DNA from: the human T2T-CHM13v2.0 reference genome, Homo sapiens
Strand: one strand, 5' to 3'
Assembly (NCBI RefSeq): GCF_009914755.1
Contig: NC_060937.1
Length of the DNA stretch: 64,000 bases
Of this stretch, positions 13,896 to 29,519 are shown one piece after another. The first letter of the stretch is position 1; the number at the start of each line of letters is the position of its first letter. The notes below the pieces were generated by a model. It had not been told where the DNA came from, did not search any database, and worked only from the letters and a program-made list of their open reading frames with translations. A program made the position numbers and the translations under genes.

Positions 13896-14715
13896 TGTCA
13901 TTTGAATGCCTTCACCAACTGGTGGTTAGCCGCCCATACTTCTTAGAGTCACTCTATAAACATCATTAACTGACTAGCCTGGACAACTATTTAGCAATTA
14001 CCTGAGCACTGCTTCCATTCTTAGACATCCTTAAGCTGCAGGATTCTGAAGAATGGGGCCCCAAGATGGCAAAGGAGAACCAAGGGAAACAGTGATTCAA
14101 GCCGTCTCTATTTTGTTTCTTTTAGGATTTGTTAAAAATAAAAGGAGATGATATTAACACAATTTTTCATTTCGAAAATGAAGACCATCTTTCTATACAC
14201 CTGCTTTATTTGCTGACAGACTGCCCAGGACAGACAGGACATGCCCAGACAATGAATGTTTCTGCTGTGAAAGTCCTTGGCTTTGAGCTTGCTCCTCCAC
14301 ACTAATCCAGTAATGCATATCCTTATGTGGCTCATTTTCTGGCCTACTTAAAGGGAATTAGAGGTATTTGTTTCCACGACCAGACCACAGCATGAGGAAA
14401 ATTGTGAGCCTTCTGGCACAGTAAATCCTTGAAGACTCTGCCAACTCTTCTCAATCCTTCACTTCCTTCTCCTCCCATTCTGGAAGATTTCAGGCCCACT
14501 GGGGAACAAGGGGCTGCTGAGAGTAAAGGCAAGTTGGGCCATTTCTAGTTCATCTGCCTCCTGCTCTGCCTTATGCCTACCTCCCAATGCCCAGTCATCT
14601 CTAGTTTTCTGGGACAGACATGAGTTTATTTCATTTCATTAACATCTTTAAACATATACACACCTATATAACTTCATATAAATGGTAAAGTGTGATTGCA
14701 TTATACATATTGTAA

Positions 14716-15033
<318 letters not shown>

Positions 15034-15297
15034 TGACTCAATCTTATAAAAATTTATTTCCTCTTTCAGGGATCCCACCTCTGTAACCTCCCTGTCACAT
15101 CAGTCCCCTCCATAAGCACCTTCCAGGCTACCCGTGTTAACAACCTTTGTGATTATATACCAATATAGATGCATATAAGATTTGCCTTATCATTTACAGT
15201 CACTTTATAGTCACCCTATGCACACTTCATGCATCTTGCTTTTCTCACATGACAGCATTTTATAGGAATCACTCCAAGTAAATTGGTACAGTTTTAA

Positions 15298-15626
<329 letters not shown>

Positions 15627-15948
15627 AGTTCTAATTAATTCTTTTTAATGGCCACAGAGCCTCTCTGGTGATGTGTATTTCATCATGATTTTTTTAACCA
15701 CTTTCCCACTGATGGGTATCTACATTGTGTCCAGGTGTAACTGTTTGCCACAATGACAACCCTGTGATAAACACCCTTGAACACATTTTCGTTATTACTG
15801 GTGGTTTTCTAGCTGTGAGATAATTTCTTAGCAATAAATTTCTGGGTAGAAGAGTATCTTTTTTATTTTAACAATTTTAATAGATATTGCCAAATTGCTT
15901 TTCTAAAAGGCTTTTCTAAAAGTATTCACACTTTTCCTCATATCCCTT

Positions 15949-16655
<707 letters not shown>

Positions 16656-16873
16656 GATAGGAACAATTAAAACGGGGTGCATGGAGGGGCTTCCCAGACT
16701 CCTCCATGGGGCGCAGTCCAAGTGCCTGGGAGTGCTGAGCAACACTGGTGGTGGCTGTGAGGGACCTCAGCTCAGAGTGAGCTACAAATGCAAGGATGCA
16801 GTCCTCATCTTTGAGCACTCTAAATACGGAGGGAGCTACAGTTGTTCAATGGAAACAAGGTCTATACACCCCC

Positions 16874-17307
16874 TGCTATAGTTTGGAGGTTTATCCCCCA
16901 AAAGCTCATGTTGAAATTCGATCTCCAATATTGGAGGTGGGGCCTAATGGGAGGAGTTTGCATCATGAGGGTGGATCCCTCATGAACAGATTAATTCCCT
17001 CCCTGGCTAGGGGTGAGTGAGTACTTGCTCTGTTAGTTTCCACAAGAGCTAGTTGTTAAAAAGAGCCTCTCATCTCCCTCCCCTTTCTCCCTCTCTTGCT
17101 TCCTCTCTTGCCATGTGATCTCTGCATGTGCTGGCTCTCCTTCACCTTCTGCCATGAGTGGAAGAAGCCCAGGACCCTCACCAGAAGCAGATGCTGGCAT
17201 CATGCTTCTTGTACAGCCTGCAGAACCATGAGCCAAATAAACCTCTTTTCCTTATAAACTACTCAGCCTCAGGTATTCCTTTATAGCAACACAAAAGGAC
17301 TAAGACA
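16874..17307 (+). mobile_element. MSTB-like MaLR LTR
   Basis: TGCTATAGTTTGGA...CTCATGTTGAAATT...CAGCCTGCAGAACCATGAGCCAAATAAACC...GGACTAAGACA. Confidence 0.88.
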
Positions 17308-17336
17308 CCCAGCAGAATCAAGTGCACACAAACTTA

Positions 17337-17632
17337 TGTTAAATGAAATGTACGGGAGGCTTGTGTTTTGGACTGAGCTCCTGCACTAGGACCCAACAGA
17401 CCAGACCAAACCAGAATGGAGTCACTCGTGCTAGGTGCATGAGGAACTCTGAGCTGACTAATGTGATTCTTGTTCCTTCTTTCTGCTTCTTTAGCCCTTT
17501 TCTGTCTATAAAACTAAAGTCGTCTGCTCAGCTCATCTTTTTTAAATCTTTGGATAGGTTACTGTTCAATGCATGAATGCCCAATAAAAGCCAATTAGAT
17601 CTTTAAACTCAATTTGTTGAACTTTTGTTTGC
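17337..17632 (+). mobile_element. ERV1-class LTR (MER57/LTR54-like), internally deleted
   Basis: TGTTAAA...TTTTGGACTGAGCTCCTGCACTAGG...CCAGAATGGAGTCACTC; TATAAAA at ~17507 and AATAAA at 17583. Confidence 0.65.
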
Positions 17633-19074
17633 CACTGTTGTCATGAATGTTGTACACAAGTCTGTTTGGGTGAACATGAGGGCCCAGGGAAGGTGCTACT
17701 GTGGTAACATCTTTTTTAGGAGGGCTGTGACATGAGATGTGGCCAAATTATGTACCAGACACAAACATAAGAAATGGGCTTGTGTTTGGGGCCCACACGG
17801 AATGTGCTGGCAGCCACAGCCCAGGGATCATTCAGCCAGCTGGAATCAAGGAAAAGCCTTCATTATGAGGTTCCTTCATTCCCTTTCTCTTCAATCTTCT
17901 TGGAAATTTCTGCCTAGGAAGAAAAATTACCAAGAGAAAAGCCTTGATTTTTTTTAAGAGCTTATAGTTTACAAATCAATTTCAAATTATTTCATTTGCT
18001 TTTTTTCTACAAAGCCTTATCCCATGAATAGAGATTATTTGCCATTACCTGACAGATTCCTATTAGCCAACAAGCACACAAGCAGTAAAGTTTAGCAATT
18101 TTTATGACAAGCCTAATTTAGGTTCTATCTCCCAACAGATTTGCTAAGGAGTTTACATGCATTTACTGAATTGCCCTGAAGCAGAAATTTGCAAACTCTG
18201 CTTTGAAAAGGTCCAGGGATTTCCAGAATGAGCCCAGGCTGGGGGAGGTGGTGAGGAGGGGATTGGGGCTCCTATGCCCAACTGAAGCACAGCACCTTCA
18301 CTTTCCCTGCTTTGTGCATTATTTTCCTCAGTGACATGACATCTGCACGAAGGATTCCGCAGGGGTGGGTTGCAGGAGAGGGACAACTACTGTTCTAGGG
18401 AAATGGAAGGAAAAAGAGGCAGGACTGTGTCTTATTCATTTTTGATTCGAACCCCTAGCTTCTAGTCCTGAGTATTTGGAAAGAGTATTTGGAGGAGGGA
18501 AGGGTGAGCTTGATCAGGATTGTTTGCCCACTGGGCAGTGGGGGTTGGAGGGGGGCAAGGGCAGTCAATAGAATGGAATTGAAAGTCAAATAAAAGCTTT
18601 GTAAGGTCAATGATTTTTTGAAAATATGTGTAAACTTGTGTTAACCAAAATTCTGAAGATCAGGTGTATTAGTAATGCTATGCGAGCTCACATTTAGGGA
18701 TTTGGCTTTCTCCCAGTGGCAATACGGTCCATTTTCATACCCAGATGTGGAAGAGGTGGGGAAACAGGGCTCAGGGAGAAGAGCTGAAAGGCTCTCCTTT
18801 CCCTGCCTCATCTGAGTCTCCTGTGGCACCTGCTGACTGTGGAGAAACTCAGGAAGAGCAGGACTAGTCTCTGCCCCTCAGGGGTGGTGGGATCTGAGAC
18901 TCTTGGAAGACTGGGAATCTTTTCCTGTCAACCATCAATAGATATACTGGTTTATGTTTATCGAAGCCTGGAAGTGGGAACATCTACTCCGCTGTACACA
19001 GTTTTTCATCATCATTGTCATCTCATCTCAGCCTGGAACATCTGCTGTGCCCCAAAGCATGCAGACTTGTGTGG

Positions 19075-19648
19075 CAGAAAAATAGGGGGCACAGGTAGGC
19101 AAGTTATCTGCTTGCTTTCAGACCCATTACCCACCTTCCCCTACTCTGCTTGGTATTGTTGGGGGATGGCTTCTGTGCCCACTTGCTTCCTGTTAGATTG
19201 AGCCAATGGAGGCATGGATGGAAGAAGAGGGAAACTTGGTAATACACCAGCTCCACCTCCCTTTCCAGTCTTTTCTTGGGCAGTGACTACATCTCTCTCT
19301 GTAGGTGACCACATTTCCTCCTTGGACCCAGCTCCATCACACAGCCTCTTCTTGGCTTCCATTTCCCATTCCCCATGATGGCCTTTCCCCCATGGTTTCA
19401 GCCATAGGGTCCTCAGGTGGCATCTCATGCAGCCCCTCCTCCACAGTTCCAGCTCACAGTTCCTGGGTCTGGTGGCTCAGTCCCCTCCCTTTGTTCCTCC
19501 GTCCTAGCAGTGGTAATGGCTTCCTGCAGTTGCTAATCTCTGGGTTGCCTCACCCTCCCCTGGTTTTATAACGTCCTTCTAACTAGCCTGCTGTATTAAA
19601 TTCCGTCCACAAAACTCCCTGCCTTTCTTTACTGCACCCTGACTACAA
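19075..19648 (+). mobile_element. ERVL LTR (LTR16-like)
   Basis: GCTTCCTGTTAGATTGAGCCAATGG; TTGCTAATCTCTGGGTTGCCTC; CTGTATTAAATTCC...CCCTGACTACA end. Confidence 0.55.
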
Positions 19649-20859
19649 CACAAAGGTAAATGAACCTAGTAAAAGTTCTTGGCTAATTTGTTCAGCTCTT
19701 CCCATTTTCTGACAAACATCATACATCCATCCTTCATGCTCCTTGAGTTGTCTGCACACACTCCTTAAACATCCACCTGTCCTTGGCAGTAACAATGAGC
19801 TCCCTGGCAAGGACTTTGTACCAGGGCCTTCTCTCCAAGGGTTCACAGGAACAGAAGTCAAACTAAGGAGACCTTCTCAGATGGAGATTAGCTTAGTTTG
19901 CTTTCTTTGCAGTTCTCGAGTATTTGTTTAGAGGATTAGGAGAGAGCTTAAATTATATCTGTGTTTTAGCCATTTTAATTTGCCAGTATTAAATGCATCA
20001 AAAGCTCTGTCTCCCTCAGTAAAGAAGTACATGCGAAAAGCATCCCAAATTAGAAAGTCTGGGCCTTGTTTCTGTGCTGAAGTATTGTCCCTCCTTCCCT
20101 GCACCCTAATCTCAGATCCCCCTCTTCCTTTAGCTTCACCAGGACCTGCTGCTTCAGAATCACTGTGGTCCTGAGACTAATCAGGAAAAAACAGCAACAA
20201 CGATGAATGTGTGTTTTTCTGGGATTCTCCCCAAAACAATGTTTACTTTAGAGGAGCTGTACAAAAATCTCTTCCCCTGGCTCACACCGTATGCGCTTCT
20301 GCTTGGCCTCTTCACATTGAGAATGTGAACATTCAAATGATCAGCATCAGCTGAAGACTCGATCACCAGGGAATGTGATCGTGCTCAGAGGAGGCCACAC
20401 AGTTGCTTCTGCGTTTGGGAAAATGTTTTTTATTTAATTAATGTTATTTATTGGATAGGTGCCCAGAATTAAGGTCAGTCCTGAAAAGACTGTTTTTTAA
20501 GATGTAAAAATAATTCCAAAAGCTTGTCATCTTGTTGTGGAGAAAACAAATATAATACATGAAATCCTCAATGCAGAACTTTGTATGATTTAAATAATAA
20601 CGAAGATCACAATAGGAATAAATGATGAAGACAGTAGTGCTGTATGCAGAGCAAAGAAGGAAGAAGTCATCACACAGGACGGAGCCTGGAAGGCCTGAGA
20701 CAGGCCAGCAAGTTTCTAATCTTCAAATTGAGACTAAATGGATACAGACACACCACACCCCCTGCATTGAAGAACTGCTTGGGGAACAAGTTTGTAGTCA
20801 TCACAACTTTAGAGGTTAAAAAGTGTCAGCAACAATTCAAATCATCAAGGAGGGAGTGG

Positions 20860-21330
20860 GATGTATTGGGACAGATAACTGTGAAAGGACAGGGACAGAA
20901 GTGGCTGCAGGCACAACTGGATTCAGGAACTAAAGCAAAGGCATGAGTGCTCTCCAGCTCTCCACACCTCATGTGTTGGGCCTGTTCTCTCTCCCTACAG
21001 ACACTCTTTCTTTGTGAGTCAGGGGACTGGGACATCAGCACAGGAAATACCAGCTTTATGCCCTCCCAGGTAATAAAAATCCAAGATAGAAGAGCCCTAC
21101 ATGTGGAAGTTCAGTAAAAGGACTCTGATTGGCCAGGTTTGGGTGACGTATTCACCCTTGGAGCCAATCACTGCAGCTGGGGATGAGGCGATGGTGGTTG
21201 GCTGGGGTTTTGCTGGGGAGCTAAGTTCTGTAAATCTGAAAATTACAGCTGCAGGGTGAGAAGCAGATGCCCAGTGGATGTTCAAAGGAAAGGCGCGAAA
21301 GGACTGAGAAGTTTGCAAAAGGGCAAACCC
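20860..21330 (-). mobile_element. Old MLT1 (J/K-like) LTR
   Basis: GGCTGCAGGCACAACTGGATTCAGG and CTCTGATTGGCCAGGTTTGGGTGACGT...GAGCCAATCACTG motifs. Confidence 0.55.
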
Positions 21331-21363
21331 AAATGTGCAAATGGAGCCTGCAGTCGCTTAAAG

Positions 21364-21889
21364 CAGTGGTCCCCAACGTTTTTGGCACCAGGGACCAGTT
21401 TCGTGGAAGACAATTTTTCCATGGACCAGGCTGGGGAATGGTTTCAGGATGATTCAAGTGCATTACATTTAGTGTGCACTTGATTTCTATTATTATTACA
21501 TTGTAATATATAACGGAATAATTCTACAACTCACCATGATGTAGAATTAGTGGGAGCCCTGAGCTTGTTTTCCTGCAACTAGATGGTCCCATCTGGGGGT
21601 CATGGGAGACAGTGACAGATCATCAGGTGTTAGATTCTCATAAGGAGTGGGGAAACTAGATCACTGGCATGCACAGTTCACAATAGGGTTCATGCTCCTA
21701 TGAGAATCTAATGCCACTGCTGATCTGACAGGAGGTGGAGCTCAGGTGGTAATTTAAGTGATGGGGAGCAGCTGTATATACAGATGAAGCTTCGCTTGCT
21801 CACCTGCCACTCACCTCCTGCTGTGTGGCCCAGTTCCTAACAGGCCATGGACAAGTACTGGTCCATAGCCCAGGGGCTGGGGACCCCTG
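21364..21889 (+). mobile_element. MER1A (hAT-Charlie) DNA transposon, apparently complete
   Basis: Terminal inverted repeats CAGTGGTCCCCAA / CTGGGGACCCCTG, 526 bp long, 8-bp TSD (G/A)CTTAAAG. Confidence 0.9.
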
Positions 21890-23462
21890 ACTTAAAGGAA
21901 AAAGGAACTTGGGTCAGCCTGGCTGAGATGCATGTGGTATTGGGGTGGTTTGTGGGGAGCTGCAGAGAACCCATAACCAGCATAGGCTCTGATAGCATTG
22001 TCCTCTTCAGCTGCCATTGTGGGGTGGGAAACTGCCTCTGAAGATGGTTTTCTAAATATTCCTTATGGATGGGGCTCACACTCGGTAGTAACTGCAGGGA
22101 AATCGAGCCACAAGACAGTGGCTCAAGTCAGATTCTCTGTGCTTTAGGCAGGGAATGGATTCTGGCTGTCTCTTGGATAGCCCTGAAAAGAACTCTGGTG
22201 GGAAGGTGCAGAGGGGTGTTTGCTATGGGCTCCACCTGGGACATTTATCCATCTACCTGTGGGACAGGGCCTGAAGCTAGGGCTACCAAGATAGCAGACC
22301 AGGCATTTCCTCATCTTCAACCTCCTGTCCCCTCACTCCTCCCAGCTAGACCCTGACACCACTGCCTACATCCCCCCACCCTCTGCCCTGGGATGGGGGA
22401 AAAAATAAAACAGCTGAGCATGCAGCTAATGATGATATTTACAGCTACCAGTAGGGAGTGTTCCCAATGCGCCAAATGCTTAACATCCGTGATCTGACAG
22501 CCCCCCTGTGATGGTAAATATCCTCTCCACTTCTCAGATTCCAATACACAACCCCTGAGACTCAGGATGCTCTTGCCATGGTCTTTTTTCCCTTTTTAAA
22601 TTTTTACAAAAATTTCCCACATAGCAACCAACGTAACCACAAGCCTCTTCTAACGGCTGCCTGACCCTCCTCCTCTTAGCCTAAACACTTCATCTCTTTT
22701 CTGTGGACAATGCCTGCTTTCAAAAGCTCTTTTCTTCAGGGAGAACAAGAGTCTGCTAAATTCTATTAGTGTTCAGCAAACCCCAGGGCCCCAGTCTCAA
22801 CTTTGGCACAGGAAAGTCCAACACTCCACATCCCCTTCCTGGAGAAGCCAATCTGTGGGAAATGTAACTCTCAGCCTACAAGAAAGCTTCAGACTGACTT
22901 GTCTTTTTCTCCAGCTCCTTCTAGCTGTGCCATCGGGGACAGCTTGGTGAATATAAAAGATTTTCAAAGCCTATAACAAGCCATATAGCTCTAGAGGGGT
23001 GTGTGTGTGTATGAGAGAGACAGAGAAACACGTGTGTGTAACACAAATGTATGTTTTTAGAATAATTATTGAAGTTTTCTTATCATTTCAGAGACTTGGT
23101 TTTAAGTGAAGGAACTATGTGAGCAGCAGCAGCATGTCCAGGAGAGGGCACCCTCTCACAGCCTGGCTAAAATGCTCAGGGCAGGTCCTGGTTCTGCAGT
23201 CACTGCCCTCTGGGGAAGGTTGTTCAAGTTGTCGGTGCACATGCCCCATGCACCCAGCCGGATGCCCTGAGAGGGGGATGCTGTGATTATCAGACAAAGC
23301 CTGTTGCGACCACCAGAGGAGGTCCATCTCTTCCCATGAGGCACCCCTGCAGCGGTCTTCTTACAGTGTCTCCAGAACCCGGCTGAGTACTTCCAACTGT
23401 GCACTGATCCTTGCCAGAAGCTTGGCCAGTTTGGTCGGCTTGGGGGTCTGACTGTTGTGAGA

Positions 23463-23622
23463 ACAGTGGTCTCAGTTGGTCATGTGCTCAGGACAATTCA
23501 GAGAACTTAAAGAAACCCAGGTACCTGGGCTCCACTCCAGACATACTGAATCTGAATCACTGGGGTAGGACCCAGGCAGGTATGGATTTTTGAAACCCCA
23601 CAGGTGATTTAGATGAGCACCT
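23463..23622. mobile_element. MER5A-like hAT element
   Basis: CCTGGGCTCCACTCCAGACATACTGAATCTGAATC...CCCCACAGGTGATT. Confidence 0.65.
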
Positions 23623-23903
23623 TGACAGGAGTTAGTCTGCCGCAGTTCCATGTACACCGTCAGAAGACACAAGACTCCTGAGTCAGAAACAAAGCACAGC
23701 AAGCAGCATAAACTTCATGTTCAGGTTGGTTCCCTTTGTTCTCTGGCACCACAGGGTGATGCAGAGTGGCCCAGGTGAATACAGAGCACACATTGGGTTC
23801 ATCACAGCAGAGGAGCCCCAAGTTTCAGAAACCCAAATCTTTTGAAAGGCTGAAAGGACTGCAGGTAAACCTGCCCAACTTTTACACCATAGTAAGACAT
23901 TGT

Positions 23904-24179
23904 CTTTTTTTTATTTTTTGGAGACAGGGTCTTGCTGTGGTGCCATCATGACTCACTGTAGCCCTGACCTAGGCTCAAGCAACCATCCTATCTCAGCCTC
24001 CAAAGTAGCTGGGACCACACATGCATGCCACCATGTCTGGCTAATTTTTTTTTTTTTTTTGTAGAGATGGAGTCTCATTATGTTGCCCAGGCTGATCTTG
24101 AACTCCTGGGCTCAAGTGACCTGCCTGCCTCAGACTTCCAAAGTGCTGGGATTACAGGCATGAGCCACTGTGCCTGACC
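23904..24179 (-). mobile_element. AluJ with a small internal deletion
   Basis: GAGACAGGGTCTTGCT...GGCTCAAGC...AACTCCTGGGCTCAAG, AluJ-type diagnostics. Confidence 0.92.
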
Positions 24180-24310
24180 AAAATTATCTTTATTATCATA
24201 CACAGTAAGAAAATCTGTCTTCCCTGGAGGGGGACTCTTATTTTTGTCTGCCAAGATGATTTCCTTTATAATCTTCTTGAAAAAAATAGTTGAAAAGATA
24301 ACTAGAACAA

Positions 24311-24611
24311 GGCTGGGCGCAGTGGCTCATGCCTGTAGTCCCAGTACTTTGGGAGGCCGAGGTGGGTATATCACCTGAGGTCAGGAGTTGGAGACCAGCC
24401 TGGCCAACATGGTTAAACTCTGTCTCTACTGAAAATACAAAAATTAGCCAGGCATGGTGGTGCGTGCCTGTAATCCCAGCTACTCAGGAGGCTGAGGCAA
24501 GAAAATCACTTGAACCCAGGAGGCGGAGGTTGCAGTGAGCCAAGATCATGCCATTGCACTACAGCCTGGGTGACAGGGTGAGACTCCATCTCAAAAAAAA
24601 AAAAAAAAAAA
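24311..24611 (+). mobile_element. Alu (Sx-like), first of a tandem pair
   Basis: Full dimer followed by poly(A). Confidence 0.96.
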
Positions 24612-24612
24612 G

Positions 24613-24958
<346 letters not shown>

Positions 24959-25734
24959 TCATAAACATGCAGAAATACAAGAAACTCCTGGGGATTTTTC
25001 TCCTGACACACTCCTGGTTAAGAAGCACTAATGCAGGATATTGTTCTATATCTACATGCTTTTCAGTTTTCAAAGAACTAATTGAGAAATGAGCTCCTTA
25101 TAATAGAGAGGATGGCTGCCTCATGGATGGAGAAATGGGCAACTGACTTATGGTGTGATGGCAGCTACCACTACATAAATATCATGCATTTTCTGAATGT
25201 TTTACAAAACAAACATCAGATTCACATTTGCAAAAGTAGGAGTAATGTAAGGGTTAAACTAAACAATATATGCAAAATGTTGGCACATACTAGATAATAA
25301 ATGTTAGTTCTCTCTCCTCTTCTGCCCTTTGCCTACTTCACAGCCTATCCTGGCTGCACAAAGCCAACAAGAATGGCTTAGACTTATATCTTTTTCCTGC
25401 TAAGACGGCACTGTTGGAAGGAGTCCTTTGGGTCCTTTAAATGTGTTCCAGGAGAGGCACCCAGCATGCTAAAAAGGTAATAAAAATGACTGTGCCACCG
25501 GCAACCTGTTATCTAGGATTTCCTGATCTACCACTCACTTGATTCTACCTTGTACCTGCCTGTCATTCCTCCTCACTTTCTCTGCCTCAATCCCTGCTCC
25601 AATCTCACAGTACTAAACCTGTTCTCATCCACTGCTGATCACTGCTGGCCTTGTCAAGGCCACCTTCTAGAGACTGTCTAGACTGCATGTCTTACTCCCA
25701 CAGCTCTTACTTATTAATTCATTTAGTAAGAATA

Positions 25735-27797
25735 ATGGTAAGTAAATGAAACTATCTCTATTCACAGATGATATGATCTCTTATCTGGAAAATCCACAAA
25801 ACACGCTTTCAGAACCAATGAACAAGTACAGTAAAGTTGCAGGATATGAGGTCAATATATAAAAAATCGATTGTATTTCTATATACTAGCGATGAATAAT
25901 CTGAAGATGAAATCAAGGAAACAATTTACAATAGCATCTAGAAGAAAAAATACTTGAGATAAACAACATAGGTGCAAGGCTTCATAATCACACTGTATCC
26001 CATAAATATATAGTTATTATGTGTCAATTAAAAACAGTAATAAAAGCCAGAAAAGGGTATAGCGACTGAAAGGTTTTTCCAGTGTACTTCTAATCAGCAA
26101 CATTTGGCACTTGCAAAGAAAATGCAAGTCTTATACACTAAAAATTGTAAGATATCATGAAAGAAATTAAAGAAGGCCTAAATAAGTGGAAAGACATGCC
26201 ATGTTCATGAATCAGAAGACTTAAGACGGCAATATTTCCCAAATTGATGAACAGATTCAACACTATCCTCTCAAAAATGTCATCTGGCTTCTATGTAGAA
26301 ATTGACAAACTGACCCTAAAGTTAATATAAAAATGCAAGGGATCCAGAATAGCCGAAACAATCTTACAACAAAATTGGGGGACTCAAGTTTCTCTATTTC
26401 AGATCTTAATGCAAAGCTATAGTAATTAAGACCGCATGGCACTAGAAAAGGCTAGACATGTAGCTTAATGGAATAGAACTACATTTTTATTAAATTATGA
26501 ATAGAAATAAATCTTTACTTTTATGGACAATTGATTTAGACAAGCCTAGGCAATCATATGGGAGATGAACAGTCTTTTCAATAAGTGGTGCTGGGACAAC
26601 TGGATATTCACCTACAAAAGAATGAAGTTGGACTCCTATTACAAACCACATACAAAAATTAACTCAATATGGGTCATAGTCTTACATGCAAGAGTTAAAA
26701 CTATGGAACTCTTAGGAGAAAACCTGGGAATAAATCTTTATACCTTGAATTAGGCAATGGTTTCTTAGACACTGAAATCACAGGCAAAAAAAGAAAAAAA
26801 ATGTAAATCGGACTTCTTCAAAATAAAAATCTTTTGTGGTTTAAAGCACATAATCAAGAAAGTGAAAAGACAGCCACAAAATGGGAGAAGATACTTGCAA
26901 GTCACAGATCTGATAAGGGACTGGAGTCCAGAATAAATTAACTCTTACAAATCAACAAAAAAAGGACAACCCAATTTAAAAATAAGCAAATGAGTTAAAT
27001 AGACATTTCTCCAAAGAGGATATACAAATGACCATGGAAAGATGCTCAACACTAATCATCAAGGAAATACAAATCAAAACCACAATGACATACCACTTCA
27101 TATGCACTGAAATAAAAAAGACAGACAATAACAGTGTTGGTGAAGATGTGGAGAAATTGGAACTCTCATGCATCATTGATGGGATCAGAAAAAAGATGCA
27201 GCCCATGTGTCAGTTCTTCAATGTTAATGTAAAGATACAGTTACCATAATAGCCTAGCAATTCCACTCCCAGGTGTCTCTCCAAGAGAAATGAAATATAA
27301 GTCCACACAAAGACTTGTATGCAAATGTTCATGTCAGCATTATTCATAGTAGCCAAAAAAAAATGGAAACAACCCAAGTATCCATCAACGAATGAGTGGA
27401 CAAACAAAATGTGATATATCCATAAAATGGATTATTATCCAGCAATAAAAATGAATGATGTATTACTGATACATGCTACAACACAGGTGAACTTTTAAAT
27501 CATTATGCTAAGTATAAGAAGCCAGACACAAAAAGCCACACGTTTTATGGTTCCATTTATAGGAAATGCTCAGAATAGACAATTCTGTAGAGACAAAAAG
27601 TAGATACAAGGTTGCCAGGAAAGAGAAAGGCATGACTCCTAATGAGTACAGAGTTTTGTGGGAGAGAAGGGTGGTGAAAATGTTCTAAAATGTTAAAGTG
27701 GTGATGGTTGCACAATTCTATGAATATACCAAAAACCACTGAATTATAAACTTTAGAGGGGTGACATCTATGACGTGAATTATATCTCAATAAAACT
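25735..27797 (+). mobile_element. Old L1 (L1MB-like), degraded ORF2 3' half plus 3'UTR
   Basis: TTCACAGATGATATGATC (RT F-x-DD region), ORF2-like peptides in the track (SLFNKWCWDNW; [15 protein letters not shown]), and a 3' end TGAATTATATCTCAATAAAA. Confidence 0.9.
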
Positions 27798-29204
27798 TTT
27801 CTTTTTTTTTCAAGTGAGGCCCAGCCTTCTCATATTTGTGATGTTAATGTCCACACAACCTCATCTGTACTCACAAAATTGTGAAGGAAGAGAACCTGGG
27901 TCCACACACACTTTAATGAAGCACGGTTCCTGAGTGTGGCTGCATCTGGTCCAGCTAGAAAGTTGTGCCTGGCATTTGACCTGCTAAAAAGCCAAGTTCC
28001 ACATGGTCTAGAGTTCAATGCAGAAATATCCCTGGTACATATAAAGAAACCACTCCTGCTAGAGGGGTGGCGCCCGGTGGAGCTGCCTGTGCCCCACCCG
28101 CCCTCCCATGCCTCACACCCCTCTCAGTTGTCAGTTGCCCCTGGAACAGGTACTTCTGGAAATTCATATAGCCAAGGAAAGTCAAAAATGAAGAAGAATC
28201 CAACAAAAACACAGAAATACATCAGTTGACTTGGGTCAATGGCATTACTAACTACCCCCGGAGAAGCCTGGACACATCTTCAGTGTCTCTATTTTCCTTT
28301 CTGCCCTCCCCCAGTGCCCACTCCATCCCAAGTCCCTTTACAAAGCTCTGTGACAGTGGCTCTCCTAAGTATCTAGAATCTACCTGCTCTCCTAAGGCTC
28401 ACTGCCTCCCCGAGTTCAGGCTTTATCAGCCTCCTCCCACAAACACGTAGCCTCCTCCCTGCTTTCCCTACCTCCAGCCCAGCCTAGCTACAATCCTCTG
28501 GGCAGAAGCCCCATTGGGTGTGTTTACATTCCAAATTTGTGCAGAAAATCCACATAGCTTCATTGGGTTACCCAGTCCAGAGCAAAAACGCCAGGCCTTT
28601 CTCACTCTGTCATCCAAGCTCAAAATCCAAGAGAGGAGAGTTTCAAGGAGGAGGAGCTTGGGAAGTTATCCACTGGGGTCAAGCTCCATGGAAAGGTCAT
28701 GTAATAAAAAAACTGAAAAGAATCACTTGGGATGTGGTATCAGGGGGGTTACTGCAGACCTCTGGAGAAGCCATTTCAGGGGTGAGGTCAGAAGCCAACG
28801 TGCATTGGATGAAAGAATAAATATAGGTGGATTCTCAGTTTTGTAAGATGTAAAAATCAAGAGAAGCAAAATGAAAAAAAGCACTGATGTTGAAGACAGT
28901 TTCCCAGTTGCCTTGTTACATTTTCAGTGTGGGACTGAAGGGGTGGTAGGCATTACTTCAACAGAATCACAACACATTTTGCCCTTCTCACGGCCTGGCG
29001 CCTGGAAAAGCTTTGGGAATTATTAGCTGCTGCTATTGATGTTGAGGGCACCCACATGCCTTTAGAACCAGAATCTAAAATGTTCAGCCTCTCAATGTCT
29101 AAAATGAACTGCTGCAATGTTGCAGATTTAAAAATTAGAGGAAAGTTATTTTATTAAATACATTTTAGAATATAGGTTTTATAGAAAGTATGTTATCATA
29201 GCTA

Positions 29205-29519
29205 CTCTAGAAGCTGAACTTGGGAGAGTCCCATGGTTAGAGGGACTGAGCATTCTGCCAACAACCAGCCCCACCTTGCCAGCCAGGCCAGTGAGCCACC
29301 CCAGAAGCAAGGCCACCTGCCTCAGTCAAGCCTGCAGGTCACTTGCAGCCCTGATGGACAGTCTGTGGGCAACCTCCTGAGAAACCCAAACGGGAACCAT
29401 TCTGCTAAGCTGCTCCCAAATCTCTGACACACACAGACTGTGAAATAACAAATATTCATTGTCCGTTTAAGGCACTAAGTTTTGGAGTAATTTATTTTGA
29501 GAAACAGATAACTAACACA
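29205..29519 (+). mobile_element. MLT1 (E/F-like) LTR, 3' part
   Basis: CTAAGCTGCTCCCAAATCTCTGAC...TTTAAGGCACTAAGTTTTGGAGTAATTT...AGATAACTAACACA. Confidence 0.75.

Noticed and set aside
26565-27249. ORF2p-like peptides
   Set aside because: These are fragments of a decayed L1 with many stops and frameshifts, not an active element.
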